A stretch of 64,000 nucleotides of DNA from Myxococcota bacterium (lineage in GTDB: Bacteria; Myxococcota_A; UBA9160; UBA4427): positions 896,001-960,000 of the forward strand of contig OZ252299.1 in assembly GCA_965250285.1 (NCBI GenBank). Reading direction: 5' to 3'. Made by a program: the position numbers and the translations under genes. How positions within the stretch are numbered: position 1 is the first letter of the stretch; every line of letters starts with the position of its first letter. Shown here piece by piece: positions 8,921 through 19,237 of this stretch. A model generated the notes under the pieces. It was given only the letters and a program-made list of their open reading frames with translations. It was not told where the DNA came from and did no database searches.

Positions 8921-9538
8921 TCAAGTCACGAGGCGAGGGGGAGAGGCCCCGTTCCCGGGGCCGTCCGAGCCGTTCTTCGTGCTCTTGACGCCGGTCACCT
9001 GCGCGTTCTCGCCGACGATGACCCCCGCCCCGCCATTCCATCGTACGCGCAGATGCTCGACGGTGGCGCCATCGCCGAGGTTCAGACCATCGGCTCCCAT
9101 CGCGACGATGCTCCCGTTGCGAACGGTGTGTTCGGCCTGCGCGGATTCGATGCCGTAGCCCGCCCCCGCGAGCGGTGCGCAGCCCAGCGATTGGCACCCG
9201 AGCAGCACGATCGCGAACCCATTGAGGTCGATCGTCATCCCCGGCGCGATCAGGGTGACGCCGCTGGTGTTGCGACTGGGCACGACGAGGTCACTCGTCA
9301 GCACATAGCTCTTGCCGCTGGTCGCGTTCAGTGTGACCGGGTAGCCGGGGGCGTCGCTCGGGGTGCATCCTGGCCCCGTCGCGCAGGCGTGGTTGATCTC
9401 GATACGGTCGTCGCCGGCATGCGCCGTGCCGGCGACCCCAAGCGCCACGGCCATGCACAGCCACGGGGCAAGCCGCGCGGGCTTCCGGCACGGTCGGCGG
9501 ACTCCAACTCGATCGGGGGTCGGAGGATGGATCGCCAT
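8921..9538 (-). CDS. Secreted right-handed beta-helix protein, probably 3'-truncated
   Basis: GGAGAGGAG RBS; signal ending AHA; EINHAC..GC..DAPGYPVTL..SYVLTSDL..TIDLNGFAI..VRNGSI..NGGAGV; ends after few coils in an atypical tail. Confidence 0.7.
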   Translation of the reverse strand: MAIHPPTPDRVGVRRPCRKPARLAPWLCMAVALGVAGTAHAGDDRIEINHACATGPGCTPSDAPGYPVTLNATSGKSYVLTSDLVVPSRNTSGVTLIAPGMTIDLNGFAIVLLGCQSLGCAPLAGAGYGIESAQAEHTVRNGSIVAMGADGLNLGDGATVEHLRVRWNGGAGVIVGENAQVTGVKSTKNGSDGPGNGASPPRLVT

Positions 9539-9671
9539 CTGAGCATCTCCTCTCCACGCGTGTGTCGCGTGGGTGTCGGCGGTGGCCGCCGCGACGCTGC
9601 GCGCGCGGCCGGGGCCGATCGGGGTCTGCTCATTCTGGCAGGGGAGCGAGCGTTCGCGGGCGCGTGACCTC

Positions 9672-9704
9672 ATTGGTCATCGATTGGTCATCGATCGTTC
9701 AGGG
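9672..9704. promoter_or_regulatory. 11-bp tandem direct repeats upstream of the beta-helix gene
   Basis: ATTGGTCATCG ATTGGTCATCG ATCGTTCAGGG. Confidence 0.55.
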
Positions 9705-9809
9705 TTCGCACGTGTGCAATTGCTCAGGTCGAGCGCGAAGCGGCTGGAAGCGTCGTTCGGGGTCGCCGGCACTGGGTGGGTGCGATGACAGCCCGGGTGC
9801 CGGGACCGG

Positions 9810-9890
9810 TCAGAACCTGTACATCGCACCCACGCCGAACGTGATGTTGCACTTCCAGCCTTCTTCGACGTCAACCGCGTAGCCATGCCG
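9810..9890 (-). pseudogene. Possible C-terminal scrap of an outer-membrane beta-barrel gene
   Basis: GYAVDVEEGWKCNITFGVGAMYRF-stop resembles a terminal beta-signal strand; no credible upstream coding frame. Confidence 0.35.
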
Positions 9891-10247
9891 AAGTGCGACG
9901 TTGCGCGGGGCAGAGTGCCTGCGTCGGGAGCCCCGCGTCCACAGTGTCGGATGGCCGACGCCCGCCACGGCGTCGCGCGTCTGCGGCGCCCGTGCTGGCC
10001 TGGCTTGGCGTGCGGTCGCCACGGCCTCGTCGCCGCGGTCTCGGGTCACGCCGTGCGCGACCCGCGACACAGGGCCAGCACGCTTGCAGTGCGATCTCGA
10101 TGACGGGGCGTCGGCTTGCTGACGCCGCTGCGGTAGGCTCGTCCACTCGCGATGATTTCGCTGCTCTAGCAGCGCACAGGGTGCGCGCGTGGTCGATCCT
10201 GCCCGGCAAGTCTTGGTCGGGCGGGCGGGCCGGCGAGGGAGAATCCG

Positions 10248-11207
10248 GTGGTTCCCAACACGGCGCACTTGATCTGGATCGGTCCGCGCCTGCCCTTCAT
10301 CCACGCGCTCTCGATTCGTTCGGCTGCGCTGCGGGGGGGCTTCGATCGCGTCGTGCTCCACCACACCGAAGAGCTCGAGCGGGCGCCCTGGTGGGACGAC
10401 GTCTTCGGCCTGCCGGGCGTCGAGCTGCGGCGTGTCGATCCCCGGTCGTTCTTCGAAGATCTCGGCCGCGTCGGCACTGCGCTCGCGACGGCCTACGAGC
10501 GTCTGCCGGTGCTCGCCAACCGCGCCGACCTGCTGCGCGTCGGGGTGCTCTACCGCGAGGGGGGCGTCTACCTCGACACCGACGTCGTGGTGCTGCGGCC
10601 TTTGACGTCTCTGCTCGACGCGGGGATGTTCCTCGGCGCCAATCGCTCGGTCTACGCGTGGGACGCGGCCGCCGACAGGAGCATCGCCCGCTTTGTCGGT
10701 CGCAAAACGCGCTCGTTCGTGCGTCGCGTCCTCTCGCTCGTCCCGGACGGCCATCGTGTCTTCCGGCACGTCGAACATCTCTATCCAGCGAATCCGAACA
10801 CCGCGATCTGGGGCAGCCGACCGGCGCACCCTTTCGTCGCGAGGACGATCGAGGAGCTTGCCCGGCTCCTCAAGGAGGTGGATATCGAGCGTCGGCAGGA
10901 GTACAACTTCGTCGGGCCCTTCCTGGTGCAGCGGCTTCTCATCGAGTCGCCCCCCGACGATCTCGTCGTGCATCCGCCCGCGGTCTTCTACCCGCTCGGT
11001 CCGGTGATCGCGCGCCACTGGCTCAAGCCCTCGAGCGCCCGTCCGCTCGAACACGTGATCGACGAGCGCACTGTGCTCGTGCACTGGTTCGCCTCCGGCG
11101 CCCAGCGTGATCTGCAGAATTCGACGACGCCCGCGTCGATCCGCGCGAACGCCGACCGCCAGATCTTCAGCAGGCTCGCGCTCCCCTTCGTCGAGGGGAT
11201 GGCGTAG
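10248..11207 (+). CDS. Glycosyltransferase with DXD sugar-binding motif (GT32/Och1-like)
   Basis: VPNTAHLIWIG, ADLLRVGVLYREGGVYLDTDV, HPF, GP, FYP and VHWF motifs. Confidence 0.9.
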   Translation: MVPNTAHLIWIGPRLPFIHALSIRSAALRGGFDRVVLHHTEELERAPWWDDVFGLPGVELRRVDPRSFFEDLGRVGTALATAYERLPVLANRADLLRVGVLYREGGVYLDTDVVVLRPLTSLLDAGMFLGANRSVYAWDAAADRSIARFVGRKTRSFVRRVLSLVPDGHRVFRHVEHLYPANPNTAIWGSRPAHPFVARTIEELARLLKEVDIERRQEYNFVGPFLVQRLLIESPPDDLVVHPPAVFYPLGPVIARHWLKPSSARPLEHVIDERTVLVHWFASGAQRDLQNSTTPASIRANADRQIFSRLALPFVEGMA

Positions 11208-11216
11208 GGCGTCCGA

Positions 11217-11597
11217 TCAGAGCTGCGCGCTCTCGCACGTGGTCGCCGGCCCGTGGCGATCGCGTGACTCTGCCTCGTCGATGTGCCCGTCGAGATCGCT
11301 GCGCAGCTCGTGTATCTCGCCGGCCGCGAGCCCCTGCCCCACCAGGGTCGACGTGTAGAGCAGGGCGCCGATCAGTACGGCCAGGATCGACGCGAGCAGC
11401 ATCCACGGCCAGTGGCCGAGACTCACCTGGGCGATCGCGCACATCATGCCGAATACGGCGATCACAGTCAGGATGCCGATCGCGATCGCGGGTACGAAGA
11501 ACAAGCCCCGCTCTCGGCTCCAGCCCCGAGAAGTACTCAATTTGTCCCAGGAACGGGGCCTCTGTCCCCTCGCCTTCTGAATTGCTGCGCTCGTCAC
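11217..11597 (-). CDS. Small two-TM hypothetical membrane protein
   Basis: Two hydrophobic helices in the 3' part of the 11217..11846 ORF; GTG 11597 chosen as start. Confidence 0.5.
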   Translation of the reverse strand: MTSAAIQKARGQRPRSWDKLSTSRGWSRERGLFFVPAIAIGILTVIAVFGMMCAIAQVSLGHWPWMLLASILAVLIGALLYTSTLVGQGLAAGEIHELRSDLDGHIDEAESRDRHGPATTCESAQL

Positions 11598-11646
11598 CCC
11601 AAGGCCTTCGCTGCGAGGAAGAGCTGCCCGCCGATCCGCGCCTTCC

Positions 11647-14400
11647 TCAAACGCGGCCCGAGTGACTCCTCCGGCGGACTCCACGAAGCAGCGCCAGCAC
11701 ACCGATGGCCGTCGCAAATCCCAGCTGAATCGACGGCTCGGGCACCGGAACCACGACCAGCCCCTGCGGCTGGGCGAGTTCGCCCGCGAAAGAGACCAGC
11801 TCCTGGGAGCCGGTCTCGGGGTCGATTCGCAGAATCGAGTCTCCAAAGACGGTCGAAGTGACGAGAGAGCCGGATGCTTCCATGGCGAGGCCCGCCGCGC
11901 GATCGAGGAAGCCCCCTTCGGTCACGATCTCGGTGTCGCCCGTCGTCGGATCGAGACGCACGATGCTCGTTCCGTTGGCGACGAACAGGTCGCCCGAATC
12001 GGGCTCGATCACCATCTCGTTCGCGAAGACGAACGGTTCGCCGCTTGCAACGACGGCCGGCGCAGTCGGAAGGGGTAGTGCGGTCGGGTCGACCCGCACC
12101 ACGCTGTCTCCGCTGACGTTGATGCCCACGACGTCTGTCGAGGCGAAGATGTCGCCCGACACGGGATCGACCACCAGCTTCTGAAGACCAAGCCAGCGGC
12201 TCTCGCCGAGCGGCGCACCCGGATCCTGACTGTTCCGGCCGATCACGACCGTGTCTCCCGTGGTCGGGTCGACGCGTGTCAGGGGATAGGGACTCACACG
12301 GCTGCCGACGAAGATCGATCCATCGGGCCCGACTGCGACGGCCCGGGGATCGGGCAGATCGGGGCCACTCGCCACAATCGTCTGGTCACCAGTCAACAGA
12401 TCGATGTGGACGAGCAGATTGTTGCCGGCCTCAGCAACGAGCAGCCCGCCATCCGGGTCGAGCGCGATCCCGTCCGGAAACGAGAGGAGACCGCGCGCCG
12501 CCAGGACCCGTTGGTCGCCATTGTTCGGATCGATCAGAACGATCTGATCGCGGTTGGGATCGGAGACGATGATGTCGCCCGCGCGCGGAACCGGGCGAAC
12601 GACTGCCGCCGCCGAAGGTGCGATGAAGCGATCCCCACTCGTGAGCGTCGTTGCGGAACCCCCGGTGGCGAAGAACCGCAGCAGTGCGCCCTGGCCGCCT
12701 TCCGCGCCCGGGTCCGTCACGAGAATCTTGCCATCCGGTGCCAGGGCGATCCCGGTGGGCGACTCGAGCTGGTCTGCGGCCACGACGACACTCTGGTTCG
12801 AGCTCGGATTGCCGTTGTCGTACGCGTCGGGATCGATCCGGATGATGCCGCCGGTGTCGTCGAGCACGAGCAGGGTCCCGCTCGACTCGGCCACCAGGTC
12901 GACGGGAGCGGACATGTTGCCCGCGTTCCCCACGACCATCGCTCCGGACCCCTGAAGATCGAGCCGCCAAACGGTCGGCGGCGATGCCTGCAGACCGAAC
13001 ACCTGGGCGAGCCCATCGATCGCGATGCCGGTCAGACTGTCTGGGGAGCCGGGCACGGCGGTCTGCGCTCCCCCGGCGCCCGGACTGAATCGCACGAGCG
13101 ACGGTGCAAAGGAGTCGGCGAGCAGCACGTCGCCGTTCGGGAGCAGGATCAGATCCTCGGGATTGTCGAGGTTCTGGCCGCTGGTCAGCACGATCTGCTG
13201 GCCGGTCGCGCGATCGACGGAGAGGAGCGCTCCGGGATCGGTAGCGCGTCGGTCGGCGATCAGGAGCTCATTCGAATCCGGCACGGAGACGATGCCTGCA
13301 GGCTCGACGAGATCCCCACCGGACGAGACGGTCGACTGTTGTCCCGACGCGACGTCGACACCCAGCACCTCGGCTCCGCCCGAGTCGACGACGAAGACGT
13401 CCGCGTCGACGCGCCGCGAGGCGACGAGAGGGAAGAGCTCGATCGCCGAGGGCGTGACGAAGACGCCGCCCGAGCTGAGGACCATCTGATCGCCGGTCGT
13501 TGCGTCGACGCGAATCACGGCGCCGGCGCCCGCGCTGGCCGCCGGATCGAGCACGTAGAGGAAGACGGCCGCGCCATCGGTGACCAGATCGATCGGATCG
13601 ACGAGGTTGATCCCCTCCGCGACGATTCGCTGGTTGGCCTCTGGATTGATGTCGGTGAAGGTGGTGATCCGCACTTCGATCACCTTGCCGTCGGCAGAGG
13701 CCAAGGTGCCGGCGTCCGACACCATCGCGAAGTCGGCGAAGGCGCCGCGCGTCGTGACGCCCGTCGGCAAACGGAGCGCGCCGCCCTGCCCGACGAGCAG
13801 CGGCTCATCGGCGCTGTTCCGGAGGCGCAACACCTGCAGCGAGACCGGCTCGACCACGAGAGCATCTGCTTGCCGGGGGCGGCCGAAGAGCGCGAGGCGT
13901 GTGATGCCGCCTCCGGTCTGATCGAAGCGGACGGTCTGATCACCGGTCTCGGGATCGACCAGCACCGCACCCGACAGGCCATCGATGACGGTGATGAGAC
14001 CAGAGCTGCTGACGATGACATCCTCGGGCATCGCGAGTTCGTTCCCCGACGAGACGACGGCCATCGATCCGTCGGCGGGATCGATCTCGATCAGCGCTCC
14101 GATCCCGCCCGGGCCACCGCTGCGATCGGCGACATAGACGAGACCTGTCGTCGGATCGACGGAGATTCCCGACGGCTCCGACAGCGGCGGTCCCGAAGCG
14201 AGCAGCGATTGACTCCCCGTGACGCGGTCGATGACGAAGACGCTGTCCGCGCCCGCGTCCGCCACGAGCAGCTGGCCGCTCCCCGCCAGCTGGGCCTGGG
14301 CGCTCGACGGGCCGATGAGAGCCCCCATTGCGGCGAGCCCCACGACGGCGAGGAAGAGCCAGACGAGCGCCTGGAACGACCGATCGAGGTTGGTCTTCAT
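11647..14400 (-). CDS. Multi-beta-propeller (NHL/SMP-30-like repeat) PEP-CTERM protein
   Basis: AAGGGGA RBS; signal ending AQA; many P.GI..DPxTGxQxVxSSGG repeats; ends VPVPEPS-TM-RRR. Confidence 0.9.
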   Translation of the reverse strand: MKTNLDRSFQALVWLFLAVVGLAAMGALIGPSSAQAQLAGSGQLLVADAGADSVFVIDRVTGSQSLLASGPPLSEPSGISVDPTTGLVYVADRSGGPGGIGALIEIDPADGSMAVVSSGNELAMPEDVIVSSSGLITVIDGLSGAVLVDPETGDQTVRFDQTGGGITRLALFGRPRQADALVVEPVSLQVLRLRNSADEPLLVGQGGALRLPTGVTTRGAFADFAMVSDAGTLASADGKVIEVRITTFTDINPEANQRIVAEGINLVDPIDLVTDGAAVFLYVLDPAASAGAGAVIRVDATTGDQMVLSSGGVFVTPSAIELFPLVASRRVDADVFVVDSGGAEVLGVDVASGQQSTVSSGGDLVEPAGIVSVPDSNELLIADRRATDPGALLSVDRATGQQIVLTSGQNLDNPEDLILLPNGDVLLADSFAPSLVRFSPGAGGAQTAVPGSPDSLTGIAIDGLAQVFGLQASPPTVWRLDLQGSGAMVVGNAGNMSAPVDLVAESSGTLLVLDDTGGIIRIDPDAYDNGNPSSNQSVVVAADQLESPTGIALAPDGKILVTDPGAEGGQGALLRFFATGGSATTLTSGDRFIAPSAAAVVRPVPRAGDIIVSDPNRDQIVLIDPNNGDQRVLAARGLLSFPDGIALDPDGGLLVAEAGNNLLVHIDLLTGDQTIVASGPDLPDPRAVAVGPDGSIFVGSRVSPYPLTRVDPTTGDTVVIGRNSQDPGAPLGESRWLGLQKLVVDPVSGDIFASTDVVGINVSGDSVVRVDPTALPLPTAPAVVASGEPFVFANEMVIEPDSGDLFVANGTSIVRLDPTTGDTEIVTEGGFLDRAAGLAMEASGSLVTSTVFGDSILRIDPETGSQELVSFAGELAQPQGLVVVPVPEPSIQLGFATAIGVLALLRGVRRRSHSGRV

Positions 14401-14480
14401 CCTGTATCCCCCTTGGCACACGCGCCGACCGGTTCGCAGCCCGGCCTCGCGGATCGAGATCAAGCTAGGCAGGATTCGTG

Positions 14481-14528
14481 CTGACGGATCTGATGAATGC
14501 CTGATACCCTCCCGAGATTGCTCGTGAT
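14481..14528. promoter_or_regulatory. Phased CTGA-core repeats between the PEP-CTERM gene and its divergent regulator
   Basis: CTGAC 14481, CTGAT 14490, CTGAT 14501, CCGAG 14512, GTGAT 14524. Confidence 0.4.
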
Positions 14529-14542
14529 TTCGGGTCGCTGTC

Positions 14543-16117
14543 GTGGTGCGTGTGTTCAAATCGGCCGGTCTTCTCGTCGATCCGTCCCTTGGCGAGATTC
14601 GACGAAACGGCGAATCCCTGTCCGCCGAACGGAAGGTCTTCGAACTCCTCGTTCTCCTGCTCGAGGCCGATGGTCAGGTCGTCGAGCAGGGCGAGATCCA
14701 GGAGCGTCTCTGGCCCGATGTACGCGTCAGCCGCGACGCGCTCTACCGAGTCATCAAGGAAGCACGGGCCCTCGTCGGCGACAGCGGTGATCGCCAGCTC
14801 CTGATCCGCACCGTTCCAGGGCGGGGCATCCGCTGGATCCCGCCCATCGAAGTGGGCGCTCCCGAGCCCAGTCGAATGGACTCGGCGCTCGCGTCGATCC
14901 GAGACCTCCTGCGAGCCGGGCGCTTCCTCGACGCACGTACGCGTGCATTGGAGTGCGCGCGAGATGAAGCGCCGGATTCGACACCGAGGCATCGGGCCGA
15001 AGCCCTCGTACTCTTCGGCGCGCTCGTGCTCCACGGCCGCGTCGACCGGGATTGGATGGACCTCACCCGGCGCGTGCTGAACCAACTCGACGCCTCGGAT
15101 CACGAGCTCCGCGCCGCGCTGCTCGGCCGGCAGTCCCACCAGCTCTACTGGTCGAAGGATCCCGCGCGCAGCCGCCAGGCGCTCACCGAAGCCAGACAAG
15201 CCGCGCTGGAGGGTGGCTCCCAGTCGGCGCTGGCCTGGGTCGAGATGGGCGAACACAGCCTCCATCCTGGTCCCGAGCACTTCGAGACCAGGCGAGGTCA
15301 CGCCGAGCGTGCCCTCGCGCACGCGTTGGCGGGCGACGAGCCGCAAACCCGGGCCTGGGCACACGAGCAGGTCGCTCACAATGCGATGGAACTTGGCGAC
15401 ATCGATACCGTGGAAGCGCACGCGCAGGCCGTCGAGCTGCTGGACGAGGATCATCCACTCATCTGGCCCGGTCGGATCCGCACCATGCTGCAGCTGCACC
15501 ATGGCGACCTGCCCGCCGCTGAGCGGGCCCTGCTGCGCGAGCTCCAGAAGTGGGGAAGCGATGCCAGCGCTCAGGTCTTCCAGTACATCGGCGCGCCGCT
15601 GCTCTGGCTCCGCTTCGAGCAGGAACGCCTCCCCGAGATGCTTCCCCTGCTCCGCCAGTTCGTGGCCGCCGGGGGTGACCTACCGGTCTGGCGTCTGAGT
15701 CTCGCACGAGCAGAGCTCGAATCGGGAAATCTCGAGGGTGCCCGATCCGAGTACGAGGGCATCCTCGCCGTGGGACTCGACGAAGCGGATCACGACTTTC
15801 TCTCCCCGCTCACATTGGCGCACGCCGCCGTGCTCTGCGCCGCGTTCGAGGATCGGCCGCGGATCGCCTGGCTCGAGAAGGCGCTCTTGCCCTACCAGGG
15901 ACGACTGCTCGTCGCGCCGCGGGCCAACTTCTCACTCGGGCCCGTGGATCTCATCCTGAGCCAGCTGGCCGCCACCGACGGTCGGCCCGCCGACGCAGAG
16001 CGCCATCGCCTTCGAGGTCTCGAGCTGGCCCTGCAAACCCGATCGGCCCCGAGCGTCAGGCGAGCCGAGCAGCTCTCAGCAGCGGGCCCTCGCGTTGCGA
16101 TCGATGACCCCACGTAG
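14543..16117 (+). CDS. CadC/OmpR-type winged-helix regulator with a helical TPR-like C-terminus
   Basis: KVFELLVLLLEADGQVV..LWPDVRVSRDALYRVIKEARALVGD..IRTVPGRGIRW. Confidence 0.88.
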   Translation: MVRVFKSAGLLVDPSLGEIRRNGESLSAERKVFELLVLLLEADGQVVEQGEIQERLWPDVRVSRDALYRVIKEARALVGDSGDRQLLIRTVPGRGIRWIPPIEVGAPEPSRMDSALASIRDLLRAGRFLDARTRALECARDEAPDSTPRHRAEALVLFGALVLHGRVDRDWMDLTRRVLNQLDASDHELRAALLGRQSHQLYWSKDPARSRQALTEARQAALEGGSQSALAWVEMGEHSLHPGPEHFETRRGHAERALAHALAGDEPQTRAWAHEQVAHNAMELGDIDTVEAHAQAVELLDEDHPLIWPGRIRTMLQLHHGDLPAAERALLRELQKWGSDASAQVFQYIGAPLLWLRFEQERLPEMLPLLRQFVAAGGDLPVWRLSLARAELESGNLEGARSEYEGILAVGLDEADHDFLSPLTLAHAAVLCAAFEDRPRIAWLEKALLPYQGRLLVAPRANFSLGPVDLILSQLAATDGRPADAERHRLRGLELALQTRSAPSVRRAEQLSAAGPRVAIDDPT

Positions 16118-16379
16118 CGAGGGCGCGATCGTCCGCGAGGACCTCGCCCGAACGAGCCTGTGGCGAAGTCGTCGACGGTCGGGGAAGCCCCCTCGTTCAT
16201 CCCGATCGACGAAGCCTTCGAGGATGGACCGGCGCAAGGGCGCGGCTTCCACGTGGGCCTGGATTGGACCTGGTAGGGGGCAGGTCTCGCCTGCGGTCGG
16301 CGGGCGCATCATGGCTTCGGGAAGAGCTCGGTTCGGCGATCGAGATGGACGAACACCCGGCGCATGCTGCGCTCTGCGA

Positions 16380-18128
16380 TCAGGTCTTCGACGACGACGG
16401 CGCGGTCGCGTCGCCCGACTGGGATCGCGGCTCGCGTTCGCGCGACTCGCGCACGACGTGGCGCACGATCGGGGGCATCGTCTGCGCCAGGTAGCGGATG
16501 GAGCCGCGCAGGCCGAGGATTCGCATCGCCGTGATCAGGCCCGCGCCCTGCACGATGGGCTGACCGCAGGTCACCGTGTCCTGTCCGGTGAGCCACAGCC
16601 CGTGCACCTTCGTCTGCGCGTCGAGCTGCTCGACCACGTCCCAGCTCGTGAATCGCTCGGGCGTCTGATCGAGCCCGACCGCGCCTCCGCCGTCGGCGGA
16701 GAGGTAGTGCTGGATCGAGAGCGGCGTCGAGACGTCGATGAGCTCGATGTGGCCATCGAGCTGCGGATAGAAGCGCAGCAGCTGCTCGAGGAGATTGTCG
16801 GCCCACTCGGCCTTGAGCGCCTTGTAGTCGGAACCACGCCGGCGTGTCGTCCGATCGGCCCAGCGCTCGAACCACTCGAACTCGGCCATGCAGAGGATCT
16901 GGCAGGTAGTCTTGCCCGGATACGCCTCGGCGCCGTCGGCATCCTTGATCGACGGAAAGGTGATCATGATCGGCGGCGCGTGCTCGGGGCGGAGCGGGTC
17001 GTCCATGAAGTCTTCGACGGCGCCGAACATGTCACCGTCGTCGCGCGCAGGGTGGAACCAGAGATTCGCGCACGTGAGCCCCAGCTCTTCGGGCGTGCCG
17101 TCCAGGCCGATATTGGCCATGACGAATCCGCACGAGGGGCCGACCGGCAGCCGCGTCGGGATCGACAGGCGCTTGGTGACGTCGTTCGAGACGAGCTGAC
17201 CGAAGGTGTTGTGGTAGCCCGCGCTCGAAACCACGTTCTCGGCCTCGATGATCGTCCCATCGTCCATCTCGACGCCGGTCACCGTGTTCGTCTCGCGGTC
17301 GACGAGGATCTCGCGCACACCCGCGCGCACGAGTACGCGCCCGCCGCCGGCCTCGATCAGCGGCACGAGCTGCTCGGCCATCTGCGTCGAGCCGCCGACG
17401 GGGTAGGCGCCGCCCTCGATCGAGAGGCCGCGGGCCACGCATGCCCCGAGCAGGAACGTCGCGCGCGAGGGAGGGGCGCCGGTGTCCATCCACTGGCCCG
17501 CCAGCAGCGCACCCAGCTCGGGGTCGTCGGTGATCTCGTGGATCACCTCCTTCACCGACCGGCCGGCGTATCGCTGCCACGTGCGACCGAGCACCCAGCG
17601 ATGCCACCACCGCTGCATGCGCTTGGGCAGCGCCTTCGAGAGCACGAAGAGCGGAAACCGCTTGAGTACCTTCTCCGAGACGCGCATGTACTCGTCGATC
17701 TCGTCGCGCCGGTCGGGGAAGCGCGCGTAGAGGTCGGGCAGATGTGCTTCGTCGTGCTTGATCGCGAAGGGCTCGCTGTCACCGATGGCGATGCGATCGA
17801 AGGTGCCATCGGGCTCACCCATGCGCTCGAAGCGCAGGGGCATGGTGTCGCCGCCGACGGCGGCCCACATCAGGTGCCCCGAGTAGGGGACCAGGTAGTG
17901 CAGGCCCGAATCGAACTTGAGGCCGCCCTTCAGCTGAAACATGTGCGTCCCGCCGCCGGCGACGTAGTGACGCTCGAGCACCAGCACCGTCTGGCCCATC
18001 CGCGAGAGCACCGCCGCGCAGCTGAGGCCGCTCATGCCGCTGCCGATGACGATCGTGTCGACGTGAGGCGGGATCTTGTCGGGGTGATACCGGTCGGCCA
18101 GCGGTCCCTTGAGCATCTGTTCCTTCAC
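16380..18128 (-). CDS. Phytoene desaturase / retinol saturase (RetSat)-like FAD oxidoreductase
   Basis: IVIGSGMSGL, LERHYVAGGGTHMF, FDSGLHY, YPVGGS, STPLS, GLWLTGQD; GTG 18128 follows a GAGGGGAG RBS (ATG 18149 is an alternative). Confidence 0.88.
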   Translation of the reverse strand: MKEQMLKGPLADRYHPDKIPPHVDTIVIGSGMSGLSCAAVLSRMGQTVLVLERHYVAGGGTHMFQLKGGLKFDSGLHYLVPYSGHLMWAAVGGDTMPLRFERMGEPDGTFDRIAIGDSEPFAIKHDEAHLPDLYARFPDRRDEIDEYMRVSEKVLKRFPLFVLSKALPKRMQRWWHRWVLGRTWQRYAGRSVKEVIHEITDDPELGALLAGQWMDTGAPPSRATFLLGACVARGLSIEGGAYPVGGSTQMAEQLVPLIEAGGGRVLVRAGVREILVDRETNTVTGVEMDDGTIIEAENVVSSAGYHNTFGQLVSNDVTKRLSIPTRLPVGPSCGFVMANIGLDGTPEELGLTCANLWFHPARDDGDMFGAVEDFMDDPLRPEHAPPIMITFPSIKDADGAEAYPGKTTCQILCMAEFEWFERWADRTTRRRGSDYKALKAEWADNLLEQLLRFYPQLDGHIELIDVSTPLSIQHYLSADGGGAVGLDQTPERFTSWDVVEQLDAQTKVHGLWLTGQDTVTCGQPIVQGAGLITAMRILGLRGSIRYLAQTMPPIVRHVVRESREREPRSQSGDATAPSSSKT

Positions 18129-18317
18129 CCGTCGACTCCCCTCACTCATGTGGCCGGTGGCGGCGTCGCCTCGCGGCAGCGCGCTGCCGAGATGACACGG
18201 TGCGTGGCCGCTGTGCGCAAGGGCAGGGCGCATGGGGTGTGCGTCGGGCCGGCCCGAATCGGACTCATCGAGGCGGGGCGTCTGATTCTCGGAGCAAGCG
18301 TGCACTGAGGTGATGCC

Positions 18318-18482
18318 TCAGCCCGCGCGGCCCGACACCCAGGCGAGGCGCCCGGCCCGGATGCCGGGGTTCATCGCGGTGGCCACGGCGAGCGGATCCT
18401 TCGCCGTCGCGCCCGCCGTCTTCATGGCCAGCGCGGTCGCGCCGAGCTCCATGTCCATGGCCGCTGCCGCATCGTTCGGCGC
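18318..18482 (-). pseudogene. thiG: Degenerate 3' fragment of thiazole synthase
   Basis: APNDAAAAMDMELGATALAMKTAGATAKDPLAVATAMNPGIRAGRLAWVSGR resembles the ThiG C-terminal pattern SDAAIAMELG..VLMNTAIA.AKDP..MA.AM..GV.AGRLA..GR. Confidence 0.65.
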
Positions 18483-18659
18483 CAATGGCAACCTCTCGGA
18501 TCGAGACTTCGACAACGACGGCGCGATCGCGCCGCCCGGCTGGAATCGCCAGGACGCCCATGACGAAGGCACGACGAGCCCGCTCCATGACCCATCGTGC
18601 GGCGGCATCGTGGGCCGCATCTCGCAGAACACGCAGCTGCTCGACGACGCGCAGCCATA

Positions 18660-19237
18660 CGAGCTGCGACGGGTCGGCCTCGACCCTGTCCGGCAACGGG
18701 CGCGAACCAGGTCTGGGCGTACGACTTCGTGTTCGATGGCTGTGCGAACGGGCACCAGCTCAAGTGCCTGACGGTGATCGATGAGTTCACCCGGGAGTGC
18801 CTCGCGATCGACGTGGCCGGCAGTATCCGATCACGCCGCGTGATTGAGGTCCTCACGAAGCTCGTCAGCGTGCGCGGTGCGCCGAAGCACCTTCGCTCCG
18901 ACAACGGCCCTGAGTTCATCTCGAAGGCCGTCCTGAAGTGGCTCGTCGACTCGGAGATCGAGACTGCGCTCATCGATCCCGGCAAGCCCTGGCAGAACGG
19001 AGCGAACGAGAACTTCAACGGGAAGTTCCGAGACGAGTGCCTCGGGATGCAGTGGTTCAAGAACCGGATCGATGCGAAGGTCGTCATCGAGGACTGGCGG
19101 AGGAGCAATAACGAGGTTCGACCCCACTCGAGCCTTCAGAACCTCACGCCGACGGAGTGCGCCCGGACTCTTTCAGAGTCCGGGCACAAAGGGGCCGTTC
19201 GTTCGGAAGGACTGGCCCGAAGAAACCAGGCAGGTCA
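18660..19237 (+). mobile_element. IS3-family transposase remnant (OrfB integrase core plus probable right end)
   Basis: NQVWAYDF, LTVIDEFTRECL, LRSDNGPEF, PGKPWQNG.NENFNGKFRDECL, RPHSSL..LTP; ends ...CAGGCAGGTCA at 19237; OrfA and left end absent. Confidence 0.9.
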
